Part shown: positions 49,960-63,286 of the stretch, piece by piece
How positions within the stretch are numbered: the stretch's first letter is position 1
Layout of the letters: each line of letters opens with the position of its first letter
NCBI RefSeq assembly: GCF_037042905.1
Contig: NC_087252.1
Location: 7,876,001-7,940,000 of the forward strand
Length of the DNA: 64,000 bases
Source of the DNA: Lytechinus pictus
Taxonomy: Eukaryota
Direction: 5' to 3'
Notes under the pieces: model-generated
Told to the model about the DNA's origin: nothing
Databases searched by the model: none
Seen by the model: the letters and a program-made list of their open reading frames with translations, nothing else
Made by a program: the position numbers and the translations under genes

Positions 49960-50110
49960 AATTTCTTGTCATTGTCTGTTAAACAAAAATCAAAAGAAAT
50001 CAGTTTCATTAACCCATAAACATGATACAGTTCTTTTCGTTGTCCCGAATTCCAGAAATTTCAAATGGAATATGCTTTGAAAATGTTGTGCCGTTCCTGA
50101 GTAATTGCTG

Positions 50111-50388
50111 GGCCCCGTCTTACAAAGAGTTACGATTGATCCAATCAACCACAACTATGGAAAGCCAGGAACATCAATATCTAAAATCCATGTTTGTTCA
50201 AAATATTGTCTAGATGTGATGTAAAATCATACATTCATAGTTTTCTTGAAAAATCAGTGTGCTTCTCTCTGTTTACAAATGACATAATGCAAATTTTTTG
50301 GAGAAAACAAAATTATGACACTGATGGATTTTCAATAGGGCAGGGGAGAATTGATTGGATCAATCTCAACTCCTTGTAAGACGGGTCC
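50111..50388. mobile_element. Harbinger-like MITE family A, copy 3
   Basis: CTG|GGCCCCGTCTTACAAAGAGTT ... AACTCCTTGTAAGACGGGTCC|CTG; 3-bp TSD CTG. Confidence 0.85.
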
Positions 50389-51306
50389 CTGATTAGGAAT
50401 TGAGGCAATAAATACATACTTGCGCTAAAAACAACAAAGTCATCGTTTACAAATGGAAATTGTCACTTTCAGTTAATACATTCTTTTATCATTGATTTTA
50501 ATTCTTGCTGTCAGAACCTTTCAAAAATTGCCCTTTGTTTGAAGATTTTATCAAATTCCATCCAATATGTATGATCTCTGCACCAGAACAATCAATTAAC
50601 GTAAAGAAGAGTGCCCCAGATATCAGATCGAACGCTTCGCTTTCTCGCTCAAATTTACTCTTGAACATGAATTCTTTCTCTCAGAAATGTTGCATACGAC
50701 CACGACAATTCGTGACAAACTTGTTGAAAATAAGTCAATGTAACAATGTAACATAGGCCTATATTTGTCGGTGCATGGGGGACGAGTACAATTAAGTTGA
50801 TAAGTTTGTTTATAAGGGTATTTTCGTCACCATCTATGTTCTCCCTTAGCATCGTTCCAAATTGAGTCAAATACCATGTTACTGATAGCAGTGTATCCAT
50901 CTACACCCGGGTATGGAGTGGCAAATCAAAATAAAAGCATTTTCACAGGAAAGAACGGTGGCTATGACCAGGCCACCTTACCCGCAGTCCGGCAGGGTGA
51001 CATGACCGTAGAAAGCCACCTGGTCATCAATGTATAATAACGGCACATGCAATGGTTGACCACATTGGTGCACTTTCCCCATTATAACTCGGGATATAAT
51101 TCAAAATGTTTTAGAGAATATGTTTTTTTTTTAAATGAGATTCGCCGAAAATAATTTTCCTGGCCAAGACTTTCATTGACTGTTCGCATGTGATATTATC
51201 ATTCGTCACCCAATCAACGGTATAGGTAACCAGGATTTAGGATTCACAACTGAAAACATCAATATGTTACACCCCTTTCTTTTACCAATGAACTCAAAAG
51301 AACATG

Positions 51307-51545
51307 CACTGTAAAAACTGTGGTGTTAAAACTTACACCAATTGGTGTTAATAGAGGACCACACCCTGAGGTGTTAAAATAACACCCTAGAGATTGAACA
51401 TAACACCAAATAGTGTAAATGTAACAACCATAGGTGTTGTAATAACACATATAGGTGTAAAACTAACACCACCAATTTAACACCGGTGTAAAATGAATGG
51501 TGTGGTCCTCTATGTACACCGGTTAACACCACAGTTTTTGCTGTG
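51307..51545. mobile_element. CACTG/CACAG-ended (CACTA/EnSpm-like) MITE
   Basis: TG|CACTGTAAAAACTGTGGTGTTAA ... TTAACACCACAGTTTTTGCTGTG|TG; 2-bp TSD; many AACACC/GGTGTT units. Confidence 0.85.
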
Positions 51546-52361
51546 TGCCACGCCCATATAGGTGTTATATGATTATATAAGTCATAGATAATTATTGAAT
51601 ATTTACATCTATAATATTAGTACATTACGCCTCTTTCTTGCATCATGGAACGTGCAAAGATTGTTCGAGGCCTTGTTCATTAAAAAAAACCCAGAACAAA
51701 CATGCCAGGCCCAATTTGTGCGAAGACATAAACATACCACGGCCTTTTCCCAACTTTGCTTCAGCTTTCTCTGCTCAGAATTACAGCTATAAAGCTGAGG
51801 GAATGCCTAATAATGCTTTCCCTGGAAGTTCAAGGTCAAATCGGAACACTCATCGAAAGTAATGCTATTATTCCGAGCCCCCGCTCTCAGAATCCTTGAC
51901 ATTTTCGGAAATTAATGTGCTTGATTGGCGCCGCATCAAAAGTGAGCTTCCACAAGGTTTATGCTAAAATAAATCGAATACTAGATTTAAAGATGATATG
52001 ACGATATATCCATTTCAAGGTCATACGCTTGAAATGCAGTGATGAGACCGGGGATTAATCAAATAACAAGAAAATTGTATAGAGACCCAATCAAACTGTT
52101 TAAAAGAATCAGCGAACATGCCAGTAAAAATATTAGCTTGATTAGATTAAAATATATATTTCAAAGTTGTATTAAATTATCTCCTATCATGGATTTCTTC
52201 GCGTTCATAATACAAGGGGTGGAAAGGGTACGAACACGATGAATCTGTTTATATGATTTTGCCCTGTATTATTTTTCTGTATCATTTCTTTTAATTTTAA
52301 TGTTTAAATGCGTACATATGAATTGTACGCATGTTTTAGTCAGCCTTGGCAGCGACGCATG

Positions 52362-52410
52362 TTTTTGTCTCACCTGCATAGCAGAGTGAGACTATAGGCG
52401 CCGCTTTTCC

Positions 52411-52442
<32 letters not shown>

Positions 52443-53349
52443 CGGCGACGGCGGCGGCGGCGTCAACACCAAATCTTAACCTGAGGTTAAGTTTTTGAAA
52501 TGACAGCATAACTTAGAAAGTATATGGACCTATTTCATGAAACTTGGCCATAAGGTTAATCAAGTATTACTGAACATCCTGCCTGAGTTTCATGTCACAT
52601 GACCAAGGTCAAAGGTCATTTAGGGTCAATGAACTTAGACCATGTTGGGGGAATCAACATCAAAATCTTAACCTAAGGTTAAGTTTTTGAAATGTCATCA
52701 TAACTTAGAAAATATATGGACCTAGTTCATGAAACTTATACATAAGGTTAATCAAGTATCACTGAACATCCTGCATGAGTTTCACGTCACATGACCAAGG
52801 TCAAAGGTCATTTAGGGTCAATGAACTTTGGCCGAATTGGGGGTATCTGTTGAATTACCATCATAACTTTGAAAGTTTATGGATCTGATTCATGAAACTT
52901 GGACATAATAGTAATCAAGTATTACTGAACATCCTGTGCAAGTTTCAGGTCACATGATCAAGGTCAAAGGTCATTTAGGGTCAATGAACTTTGGCCAAAT
53001 TGGGGTATTTGTTGAATTACAGCCATAAATTTGAAAGTGTGTTGGTCTAGTTCATAAAACTTGGACATAATAGTAATCAAGTATCACTGAACATCCTGTG
53101 CGAGTTTCAGGTCACATGATCAAGGTCAAAGGTCATGTAAGGTCAAAGAACTTTGGCCACGTTGGGGGTATTTGTTGAATTGCCATCATATCTCTATAAG
53201 TGTATTGGTCTAGTTCATAAAACGTGGAAATAAGAGTAACCAAGTATCACTGAACATCTTGTGCGAGTTATAGTAGTTTTCAAAATCAGCACTGCTGCTA
53301 TATTGAATCGCGTGATGCAGGTGAGACGGCCAGAGGCATTCCACTTGTT
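52362..53349 (+). mobile_element. Helentron-associated interspersed element (HINE/DINE-1-like) with central tandem repeats
   Basis: T-rich start; 13-bp subterminal inverted repeat GTCTCACCTGCAT (52367-52379) / ATGCAGGTGAGAC (53315-53327); partial IR GTGAGAC at 52386 forming a 5' hairpin; GGC/GAC microsatellite; about 5 tandem units of 162-192 bp; ends CTTGTT. Confidence 0.85.
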
Positions 53350-56300
53350 CTTAAATGAACATTCTTTTTTTCATTTGACTTGAATCTGAAAATGATCTTG
53401 GGGCCATATTTATCCACTTCAGACTCATTCAGAAATAATCTAATAAATTACTTCGGACTTTTGGTTCAATCATAACTCAAATAATGATTTTCTTGACTCA
53501 TTCGCGTTTTGGGAATGGTTTTCGTTACAACTTGCATGCAAACAAGGAATAATGAGATTTGATGTGGTTTGTTGTACTTTTCAGCTCAGACCAGCGGTAA
53601 AAATGGCGTGAATGATGTGTATTATGATCGCATGAATGATTGAATGAAAGCTTACAATTGGAATGACTTGTATATTAGATGCAAGTGATACGACAGGTGC
53701 TTTATGGAGAGTCGGATAGTTGGACATTCAAACTCCACAAAAAGGATTGTTGAAAACAAGCAAAGTGTTAATGAAAAAATTATCAACCCAAGAATTGGTC
53801 AGAATTGTTTTTTGACGTTGATTTTTCATCAAAATTACCCGTGTTTTAAATATAGGAAATCGGCTGGCACATAGGCCTAGGCCTTTTACCAACAGTTTCA
53901 ATATGTTGACTCATCACCTTTTTAAGTGCAGCAAATTATCCAAATGCGTATATTTAGAATTGCCTATTTCTTACATTGTAAAGAAACGAACCCAGACATG
54001 CCAGATGAATTGCGCATGGGTACTTTGGAAACCGAAATTTGATTTGATGTTCATTTGTATTCAAACTTCCATTTCTGTGTTCAAATTAAGACAGGATAAA
54101 CGACGAAGCATAGTATAGATGCATTATGTAGATAATCAATTTACATTTAAAATCTTAAATATAGGCCAATATAAGAATATGAAAATCATGTGATATGAGT
54201 AAAAACGCAGGAGGCCGACGCGGCGTCGTGAGTGTTTTGCGTGATCGTGGTGATCTTGGCAACGGCCTCGAGTGGTGGATTTACAATCGGATACTGATTA
54301 TGAGCGTGATACGTTATGATTCGAACCCCTGACCCACTTCCCCCAGTTCTTGTGCTCCAGGATCACTCGATCTCACCCCTTGTTTCCTGAGATCATTAAG
54401 CCATCCTCCAAATGTGGTGACATGAATTTGTCTCAGCTGTTCTTTTCCCCTTGGGGCAAGGTAGAGTCATAATGACTTTTAATATCCGACCAATAATTTC
54501 TTAAGACTTTTAATTCAATTTCTCCCACATCATACCTCAAGCCTCCCCCATTTGACCATGCATGCTTTCATCATTAAGGGTGGATCCAGAATTTCATAAA
54601 TGGAGGGGGGGGGAGGTAGAAAGTAATTTTTAATTCCTTTTGTAGTACTAATAAATACCCAAGATTTCGTTCCGAAAGGACGTCCATTGCTGCAGCTGCT
54701 GCATCCCTCACACGAAAAAAAGAGGGTACTATCACTTCGAAGGGGTGCACTACTTCACATAAAAAGAGATCCTTCATAAACAATCATAGCCAAAAGGGGC
54801 CCAACCCCACGTGCCCCTTCCTCGATCCCCATTTACTATCATAATAAATGTTCTTGATGAGGACTGGGAGGGGGGGGGGGTTATCGGAAGTTGTCGTCTG
54901 AGGAGCATTTTTCATGAAACAAATAATCAGTATTTTCCTTCCTAGTGTAACAGCGGGGCGGATCTCCAAAGGCCTCCAAATCGGCCGTTACTTTTTTTCC
55001 AGATCAATTAAAAAAATCTATGTAATATTTATCATACACGGTTCGGTTAAATAAATACAAATAAAAACAAACAACTCGCCATTTCCGTCCATAATGAATA
55101 TATATTGGCCGATTGTGATTACTTTTTGTGATTAATTTGAACAAACTACAAAGAAGCAGGCAAAGGACTACAACCCCACCCCACCCCTAAGAGAGATTTT
55201 AAAAATAAAATAAACGACCCCCTTCCAAAAAAAACCCATAAATGTAGGCCTAATGTGTCTACATATCGTTTACCGTGCAAGTATTTGGACTTTATCCCTT
55301 TTACACTGGGATGAAAAATAGCTGGTTATTGTTAAGTAAAACAAATTTGATTAGTGTAAATAATTTTGACGATAGTTTACGAAACGCTGTATCATGGGAG
55401 AATCGGATGGGAAAAAAGAAAAGAAAATGGCTACATTATTATTCCCCAGCATTCAGTTTGCTTGTTATGGCGTATTATGTCCACATTATAATCAAACAAC
55501 CACTATACCGTACCCGCTTCATTGTGACGTCACTATACAACATGAAACTCCTCAGGGCTTCTGTAATCCTTATACGGGGTGAAGTTCGTCCATTAATACC
55601 AACGCGCGTTCTTCTCTCTGCCATTTTCTTCTTTAACATATATAGATTGAGTTCATTGGTGTAGAAATCATCCAAATCAAGCATGATGGTTTCTCATTGA
55701 GTAGCGAGACAGGGGCTTAGACTCTCTTTAGTTGTTTCCCCCGAAATGAGTACGCAGTTCTATTGAAAATTTTCCCCAAATGGGTAATTTTATCTAAGTT
55801 ATTTTGCGATGGATAAACTGAATATCTTTTATTCCATCTTAATCTTTCATCTTTGTATTATTGGAGGCTGAAATAAAATGTAGTATACTTTCCTAATCTA
55901 TAATTCAGAAATAGTGATAGATGTTGAGGCGGGGATTCGCTCGCTTTCCTTGTTCGTAAATATCCAGGAATCGGGCATCATTTCCAACATGCTCCATCAA
56001 CATTTTGTTTGTTAATTACGTCAGCGCAAGGTACTTGAGGAAGAAATACATACTATTAATAATTCTATCAATGGAACAAACCTATTATGGTACATTTTGA
56101 AGATTTGTTTTGTGCCCGGAATGTCATTTTGTTTTGAACCATATGCCGACTTCCGGCCTTCCGCCATCCTTTCCATGTCATTTGCCATTCAATTGGTTTA
56201 ATTCGTTCATTATGTTGAGATGGATGTACCAGTCATCTTTGGTCTGGAACTCGTTAAAATAATTGATCCATCAATCAACGAAGAGATCATTTAACCAAAG

Positions 56301-57477
56301 GTATTTACAGAAAACAACGTAATTAGCCAAGCCAAAACAGACACGAAAAGTATAAGCAGTTCACATCTTTTTTCTTTCCCCGACATCATGGACATACCCC
56401 AAAATCATGGATATAATTTTTTTAAAGGCAGATTTGAATGTTTTTGTGGTGGCGTAATGTTGGCGAAAAAATGAAGGGCTGTAAGCTTTGAGTTGGGCAC
56501 ATTGGCAATTATGGCGTATCGGGTAAGGACAAGAGGGCATTTGAACCGTGTGCCACTAAAAAAATTGTTAAATAAAGTGATGGAGAAAAGATAAAAGAGA
56601 TTGCAAAATAGGAGAAAATGATGAGAAAACAGAAAGAAAAGGGGCAGAAAAAGACGGGTAATCCCTTTAAAGGTAGATGTTGCAGATGAATAATGTAAAG
56701 TCTTCTCCTGTCCTGATATATTGCTATGTCAGGTAATATCTACAAACAGAAATTTAGAGACCGTTTATAGTTTGAGGTTAACTTTGTAGTGTGAATGGGC
56801 TTCCGGTTTTAAAAGATGCGTTTACTCATGCATGATGATGGGTTCGTCATGGGGTAATTATGTTTGCAAAAGTGAAACATTGATGCAATATAGAAACATT
56901 TTTGGGGGTTATCAATCTAATGCGCGAAGAGCGTTTCTGCCTCAGATGATTCATGATCACGATGAGGCTCAGGTTTTCTTGCAATTTAAAAAAAAATCAT
57001 TTTAGCTAATTAGCTGGAGTTGGGGCGGACCTAGGATTTCAGATATACTGGGACACATAATGTGTGCTGATTTTCTCAACAGTCAATGGCAAGTAAAAAG
57101 AATTGGAGAGAGTTTAATTAGAACAATAATAACGTTTTATTTACCCAGAGTAACTATATACTTCAGTGAAAGTGCTCTACCAGCGGGCCCTGCATAACAT
57201 AATATGTTATTATTGCCCTTCTCCAAACAAAATGCTAGGTGCCTATAATATAGCAAGAAGGTCGAAGGTTCCCATTTTTATAAGTATTCGATATAACTTG
57301 TTGGTAAAGTTTGCCACAGGCAGCATCATTAGAAGTTCTTTGAAAAAAAACCCCACAGAATTATACCGGTTGAGTCTGTTATCTAAGTTTTAAATAGAGG
57401 ACACACCTCCTTTAAAATATGTTTAGCTGTTTAGATCGCACTCCCCGTAAGTTGTTATGCCAAAATACCATCTTCTC

Positions 57478-57740
57478 GATCGTGGTCTCGTGGTTATGAC
57501 TCTCATCTTTCAATCAGAGGGACGTGAGTTCGGTTCCAAGCCATATGACATGTTTTCCTTCAGCAAGAAATTCATCCACATTGTGCTGCATTCAAGCCAG
57601 GTGAGATGAGTGAGTACCTGGTAGGAATTTACTCCTTGAAACACAGCTGCTCTGCTATAAAGGGTAATTATGCCGCATAACTGTAGAGTGCTTTATGAGA
57701 CCTCTATAATCAAGTTTATAAGCAAGTATAATTATTATTT
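57478..57740 (+). mobile_element. Diverged tRNA-derived SINE (tRNA-Glu-like head)
   Basis: Box A-like TGGTCTCGTGGTTA, TTC at the anticodon position, box B-like GAGTTCGGTTCC, core CCTTCAGCAAGAAATTCATCCACATTGTGCTGCA...CCAGGTG...GAGTACC, ATT-repeat tail. Confidence 0.65.
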
Positions 57741-58638
57741 CCATTATTGTATCAAATATAATTTCGATGAAACATAATCTTGAAAGTTAAACTAGCACTG
57801 GCATCTTCCCTAGTACACACATGTGGTTGATACAAAACGGATAATATTTCAGGCTCGTCACCTGTTTATTGCGCCCTTGATTTTTTATTTTTGAGGGAAA
57901 TGTATTTCACGTCACGTGCCAAAATATTATTAAATTATTGCTGCTGAGTAACCTGATTTATACATGCATGCTTGTAGGTCTCTAGTTACATTTCGATAGG
58001 CCTACTGCAGTGATTTGTTAAATAATACACCTTTTGCACCTGTGGCAAATTTTATTTACTTTTCGTTTCTCTTTATTTTTTTTTACATTCCCATTTTTCT
58101 GGGAGGGGGGCATACTGAAAAGATTGATAAACTGTATGGTTTTTGTTATTGTTTCTCTACTTCATTGTAGTCTGTGTCGTTGCTTTATAACGTTAATCTA
58201 GTTTTTTTTTTCATCTTTGTTGGTGCTCTTTTTATATTGTTGGGTTGCCAAGAAAAAAATAAAAAAACAAAAATATCATCCTGATAGGTCAGAGGGGGGG
58301 GGGGGGCATCATGCCAGTCTCGTCAAGAATATATCATTGTGCATATTATTTTCAGCTAGGGCCTACCACCCCCCCCCCCCCCCGCCTCGACCCGTGTGCT
58401 CATATCATCACGTACATTGTATCATTATCATTCTATGCAATGTCAGAATATTGCCTGAGCATACTCTGTCATGATTGCATGATTCATGCTGTTTTGATGT
58501 GAATTTCTGTGATTTAATTTGCACAAATTTAGCTCCATTTCCGACGAGAATGTCTCTGACTTTTTTGTTTGTTTTTTGTTTGCTTCGGATAGTGATTTCA
58601 GATTACTGGATTGTCTGTCCGAAATTTTTTAATTTTTG

Positions 58639-58753
58639 GGGAGCATTTTACGAAAAGTTTTGTCTGTGATTGACTTATTTGCTCTCAGCCAATCAGAATC
58701 AAGGATTTACAGTAGCTTATAACAGTAGGCTTAGTAAATTATTCGAATGCTCC
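58639..58753. mobile_element. Degenerate MITE
   Basis: GGAGCATT ... AATGCTCC ends; internal TTTGCTCTCAGCCAATCA has an inverted relative near 34668-34688. Confidence 0.45.
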
Positions 58754-61502
58754 ACTGTTATGTAAACATATATCGGAACAAGCGTAAACGTATAAACCGG
58801 CAAAACATGGATAAAATTTCACTCAAAGTCAATATCTTGGCCTACTGCCCATTATTTCGATGATATTATGCAGAAGAAAGGGTGGTATCCATTTTTTTTT
58901 AATGATTCGAGGAGTCATGCATGTTTGCAAATGGCATACGAAGGATTCCAAGAAGGCAATATAGTAATATACGTAAACATTTGAGCCTTTGTGCAACCGA
59001 TGGAGTGTAGCGAACGAACCACTCGTTTTATTATGAAATTCTAGCTCCAATTGAAAAATTTGAAGCCCCTTTGTGAATTCGAAAGACAATCTGCATCAAA
59101 TGTAATTGTGTCGTCGTTGTGGATCAAATGGAAACAAAATCTTGATTATCATGGAAGAGAAATAGCCCCCAGATTTGAATTGAATACTTTTATCGCAGAT
59201 GATGTGACCCTGACATTCTTTTATATCCACCTGGCCTGCTTTATGATTTCTATTTTATTTAAGTGGGCCTAAGTTCAGATAATTCGAGTTGAACAAAAGA
59301 CATAAATCATGTCGATGGCAGCAGAACATTAGAATCTTCTGCTGCAAGAGATATTTAGCAGAGGATTTTTTTAATATTACACGACAGAAACTCATTATCA
59401 TTTCGGGGCAGACGGCACCCAGCTGGGAGCCGTCGGATGCGACGAGTTCCGCCAGGGTACATACCGGTAGGATATGGGGCAAAATGCACGCACAGCGGCG
59501 CATTAATTCCATGTCAGCTGCTTCAAACTTCGCAATAACCTTGACCATGACCATGCCTCGCAGCAAGAGGGCGCTTGTACTTTCTACTGGTATAATTGGA
59601 GCGGTGGGGTGTGGTTGTGCTGGTACCTGCGTTTAACTGAACAGAGAGGGTCTAAACATTTTAAAGCTCGAGGAAATGAAGCAAATTCAATTTAATGTGA
59701 GGAAAACCAACAGCAAGTAATTAATCATGTTCATCTCTTTGAATACACTTAATCTGCTGTATAATCAAAATGATTCACAACTTCCCATCTAATTATCGGT
59801 CCTACATTGCCTCTCTGCAGCAGTTTTGAATGTCTGTGAAAGTTTTTGATGCACGGGAAGGAGCCAATATAATTATTTATCATAGTAACAATAGTTTTAA
59901 TTTACTTTTTCATACTAAAGTACCTCTAGCTAAAACCCAACCCCAAATGTTATGGAACGCCCACTGCGATTCCTGGGGTCGGCCATACCGCGACAATTAA
60001 TGAGTGGAGAATAAATATAATTGGGTTACGTAGCAGGACGTTTATGGAACACTGTTCCGGGACCAGGCCTCTTCCTGTGATAAGAATGTCCCCTGGACTC
60101 TAAACATTTTCATCTGATGTCATCAAAATATGATTACCAGGGTTCATAAAATGAAAGTTGGTAATGACAGTTCCTTTTTTATACACCGGATAGTTTAAAC
60201 AGCTGCTTGTATAATAGCAAGGCTATTGGTATATAGGCCCCACGACAGGAATTTGGTTTTAAAAATGTAATCCTAATTTTGCATTGCCTGATACACTTTT
60301 TCTTTTTCAAAACAATATTTCGGTACCCGACACTTAATAAACTGAACTTGAACTTTGTCGAGGATTGCACGTTGAAGAAAATTTATCCCTTTTTTTACTT
60401 GAGATCGCTCTGAAAATGATTTCATTCATCGGTTTCTAAAATACAATAAAACCTACTCCTACCCGATGAGCGGCATTATACATGGAGGAATAGAAATGAC
60501 GGGTGGAACGGGCGAACAATATATTCTTCCCCAAATTATGCTTAATCCATTTTGGCATTTGAACGCAATCTATGAAGAAGGGAGGAAAAGGTCAGGGCTA
60601 TAGTCTGGCAAACGACGTAATCTTACCAGGATTGTCGTCTGATATCCAACTACAGTCCCAAACATTAAGAATGATGTTGCGTTTAAAAGCAGCCGGGAGA
60701 TACATTCCCTGTGGTTTTGACAAAATGAGAAAAAAATACTTTGGCTGTATATAATGAGAGTTGAAGTTTAAATTATACAAAAGAAGCAAGTTTTAATGAT
60801 GAAAGGAAGTCTTCAGCATTTGTTGTTTCGTCATATTTATTCTATGAGGCAACACGAAGGGCGATCCGGAGCGGTTCTTAAACAAACTACAAGCATATAC
60901 TTTTATTAAAGATATTGTATAAGCCAACTCCAAGAAAAAAAATCCCGAACCACTGGCTTATTCACATTTTCACTCGAATATAATATTTACAAGATTTATA
61001 AGAGAAACAAGATTGAAACTTTTATGCTTTTTCCAACAAAATTAATTGAAAACTGATTTAATTCTCATGGAATTTAATAAAATTTGTTGGGAAAAAGCAT
61101 CTTTGTTTCACCCTTGTTTCTCTTAATATTTTTACAACATGTGGACTATCCGCCAAATGCCTATTAGTATATATAATATATTGCTCCTTTCCTCTTTCTC
61201 TCGTTCCTAATCCACTCTCCTACAGAGATGCGCTAATGGCCCTCAGTCTCTTTTCTTCCCACAAATTGTTCGCTTAATCAACCTTCACAGGGCGATCCCC
61301 ATTTTGATTATGTCGTACTTTACTGACCTTTTTCATCAGTGTTCTACTTCATAATCAAACTACCATGGTAATGACCCGTATCCAGGCAACAACGGATCTA
61401 TTCTTTTATTCATCCCATCCAACATGTCTTACATTGGTCTGGAGGAACGAAATTCTTGCCCCTGAGTAAATTTGTATTTACTATGACGGCGAAAGTTGTG
61501 TA

Positions 61503-61741
61503 CACTGCAAAAACTCCGGTGTTGATTTAACACCAGCCTGGAATCTATATGTCCACACCAGAGAAGTGTTAAACAACACCGGTTTTGGTATTAGTCTAAC
61601 ACCAGATGGGTGTTTATACAACACCAATTAGTTTAAAACAGCATCGGTTTGATTCCAAAATGGTGTTGTTTCAATACTTCTCAGGTGTGGACATATATAG
61701 ATTCCGGGCTGGTGTTAAATCAACACCGGAGTTTTTGCATG
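61503..61741. mobile_element. Second copy (inverted) of the CACTG MITE at 35617-35859
   Basis: Same TIRs; the internal segment is the reverse complement (AAAACAGCATCGGTTTGATTCCAAA versus TTTGGAATCAAACCGATGCTGTTTT). Confidence 0.9.
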
Positions 61742-63024
61742 AGATGGTTTTTTATGCTCGGCTGCAATCAAACGAAATTTGAAAGTTTTGATCGACCTAT
61801 AATTATGGCACAATTCTAGAGGGATGTTTATTGTTTTTGTTGGTATTACTCTTCATGCTTTTGTAAAACATTTATAACTTGTTGAAGACCAAAGAATGGA
61901 ATGATGCATTGGAAAATAAATTATTCAATGTATTTCTATTAAATAATCTTAGCAACATGTCCAAAGGCTGAAGATGTTTAGAAACCAAACAGTATAATTG
62001 AAAATACAGAGGAATGAATAAATAAAAAGAAAAGTACATATAGATCGGTGTATTGATATATAAATTGAAGTACATAATTATAAAAGTACACTCTAAAAAT
62101 ATTGGGTTAAAGTGCTTTATGAGGGTGATATTGTGTCCAACCAACATTGGGCAATTCTTTTGGGCATTTTGTTTTATCCAGTGTGAATTTTGCCCATTCT
62201 AAAGTAATTGCTGCTTACTTTTTCAATCTTACTGGACATATATACAAAAAACTTATTAGTAAATTAGGATGATTAAATGAATTCAAAACCGTGCAAAAAA
62301 ATAATATTTTATATTGAATATAGTCACATTTGAATGATAAAATATCGAAAATTGATTAATAATTAGGATACAATTAAATGATTTTGAAATATACTTTGCT
62401 ATAGGGATAGGTGTTTATCACCGGATCTCAATATGTAACCGCTATACATATTGCATCTACCATGTCTACCGAATTGCTCAGCTCCCGTGCGTTGTATATC
62501 TCTTTTCGGAAGGCATAATGTAGCCAGAGGCAAGCCCGATAATAATTGTAATGCAATGATGTTGTCCCCGTGTGTTTAGCTATGGGCGTATACATTCTCG
62601 AGGCTTCATGACTGAAAGGCATGCAGGTGAAAAGATGTGTGTTTAGCGTACATGATATGATATTTCAGCGGGAATATATTTCTCGGGAGGGTGTATCTAT
62701 TAAGAGACAGGATTCCATTATTTGGTATATTTTCATAAATAACAATGAGTGGTATACGAAAAGAGAGCATTTTCTTCAATAACGACTCTCAAAATGTTTA
62801 AACAGTGGCATTTCCTTGTATTGCTGGAAGGCTAAATCGCGATTTAAGATTAGTGAGACGATATAATAATTATCATGATAATAATTTAACATAGCATTTG
62901 CATGGCGCCAACTTTTGTGTAAAAACATTAAGTTGTTAAGCCGAAGATCAAGGTAAATAAGTAGCCAGGGACAATTGGGACCCCAGATTCCTTTAAATTG
63001 AACCAAAACTAAACAAACAGTTAT

Positions 63025-63286
63025 ATGGTATATTTTGTTTTATCTTGTTTTGTCATGTATTATAAATATTGTAACTTGTTTCATGTATTATTTCAATTGC
63101 TATTTTCTTTGTATTTTATTCCTACTGTAATTTATTTGCTGTATTTGTATCACTGTTATTTATCTGTCATGGATCCCCCTGCTTTTCAAGCCTCTGGCTT
63201 TCCTAGGGTTTTTGATCCTCACATTTACAATGTATATATCTACTCATGTGATTTTTACCTAATAAATGAATTGAATTGAAATTGAA
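63025..63286 (+). mobile_element. Truncated LINE 3' end
   Basis: T-rich UTR, stem-loop GGATC...AAGCC-TCT-GGCTT...GATCC (63171-63218), tail AATAAATGAATTGAATTGAAATTGAA similar to the tail at 14333-14365. Confidence 0.65.

Noticed and set aside
50885..50960. Possible minus-strand SINE core remnant
   Set aside because: Too degenerate to delimit or support without an alignment.
52465..53270. CRISPR-like repeat-spacer array
   Set aside because: Whole units are homologous with no unique spacers, the context is eukaryotic and there are no cas genes.
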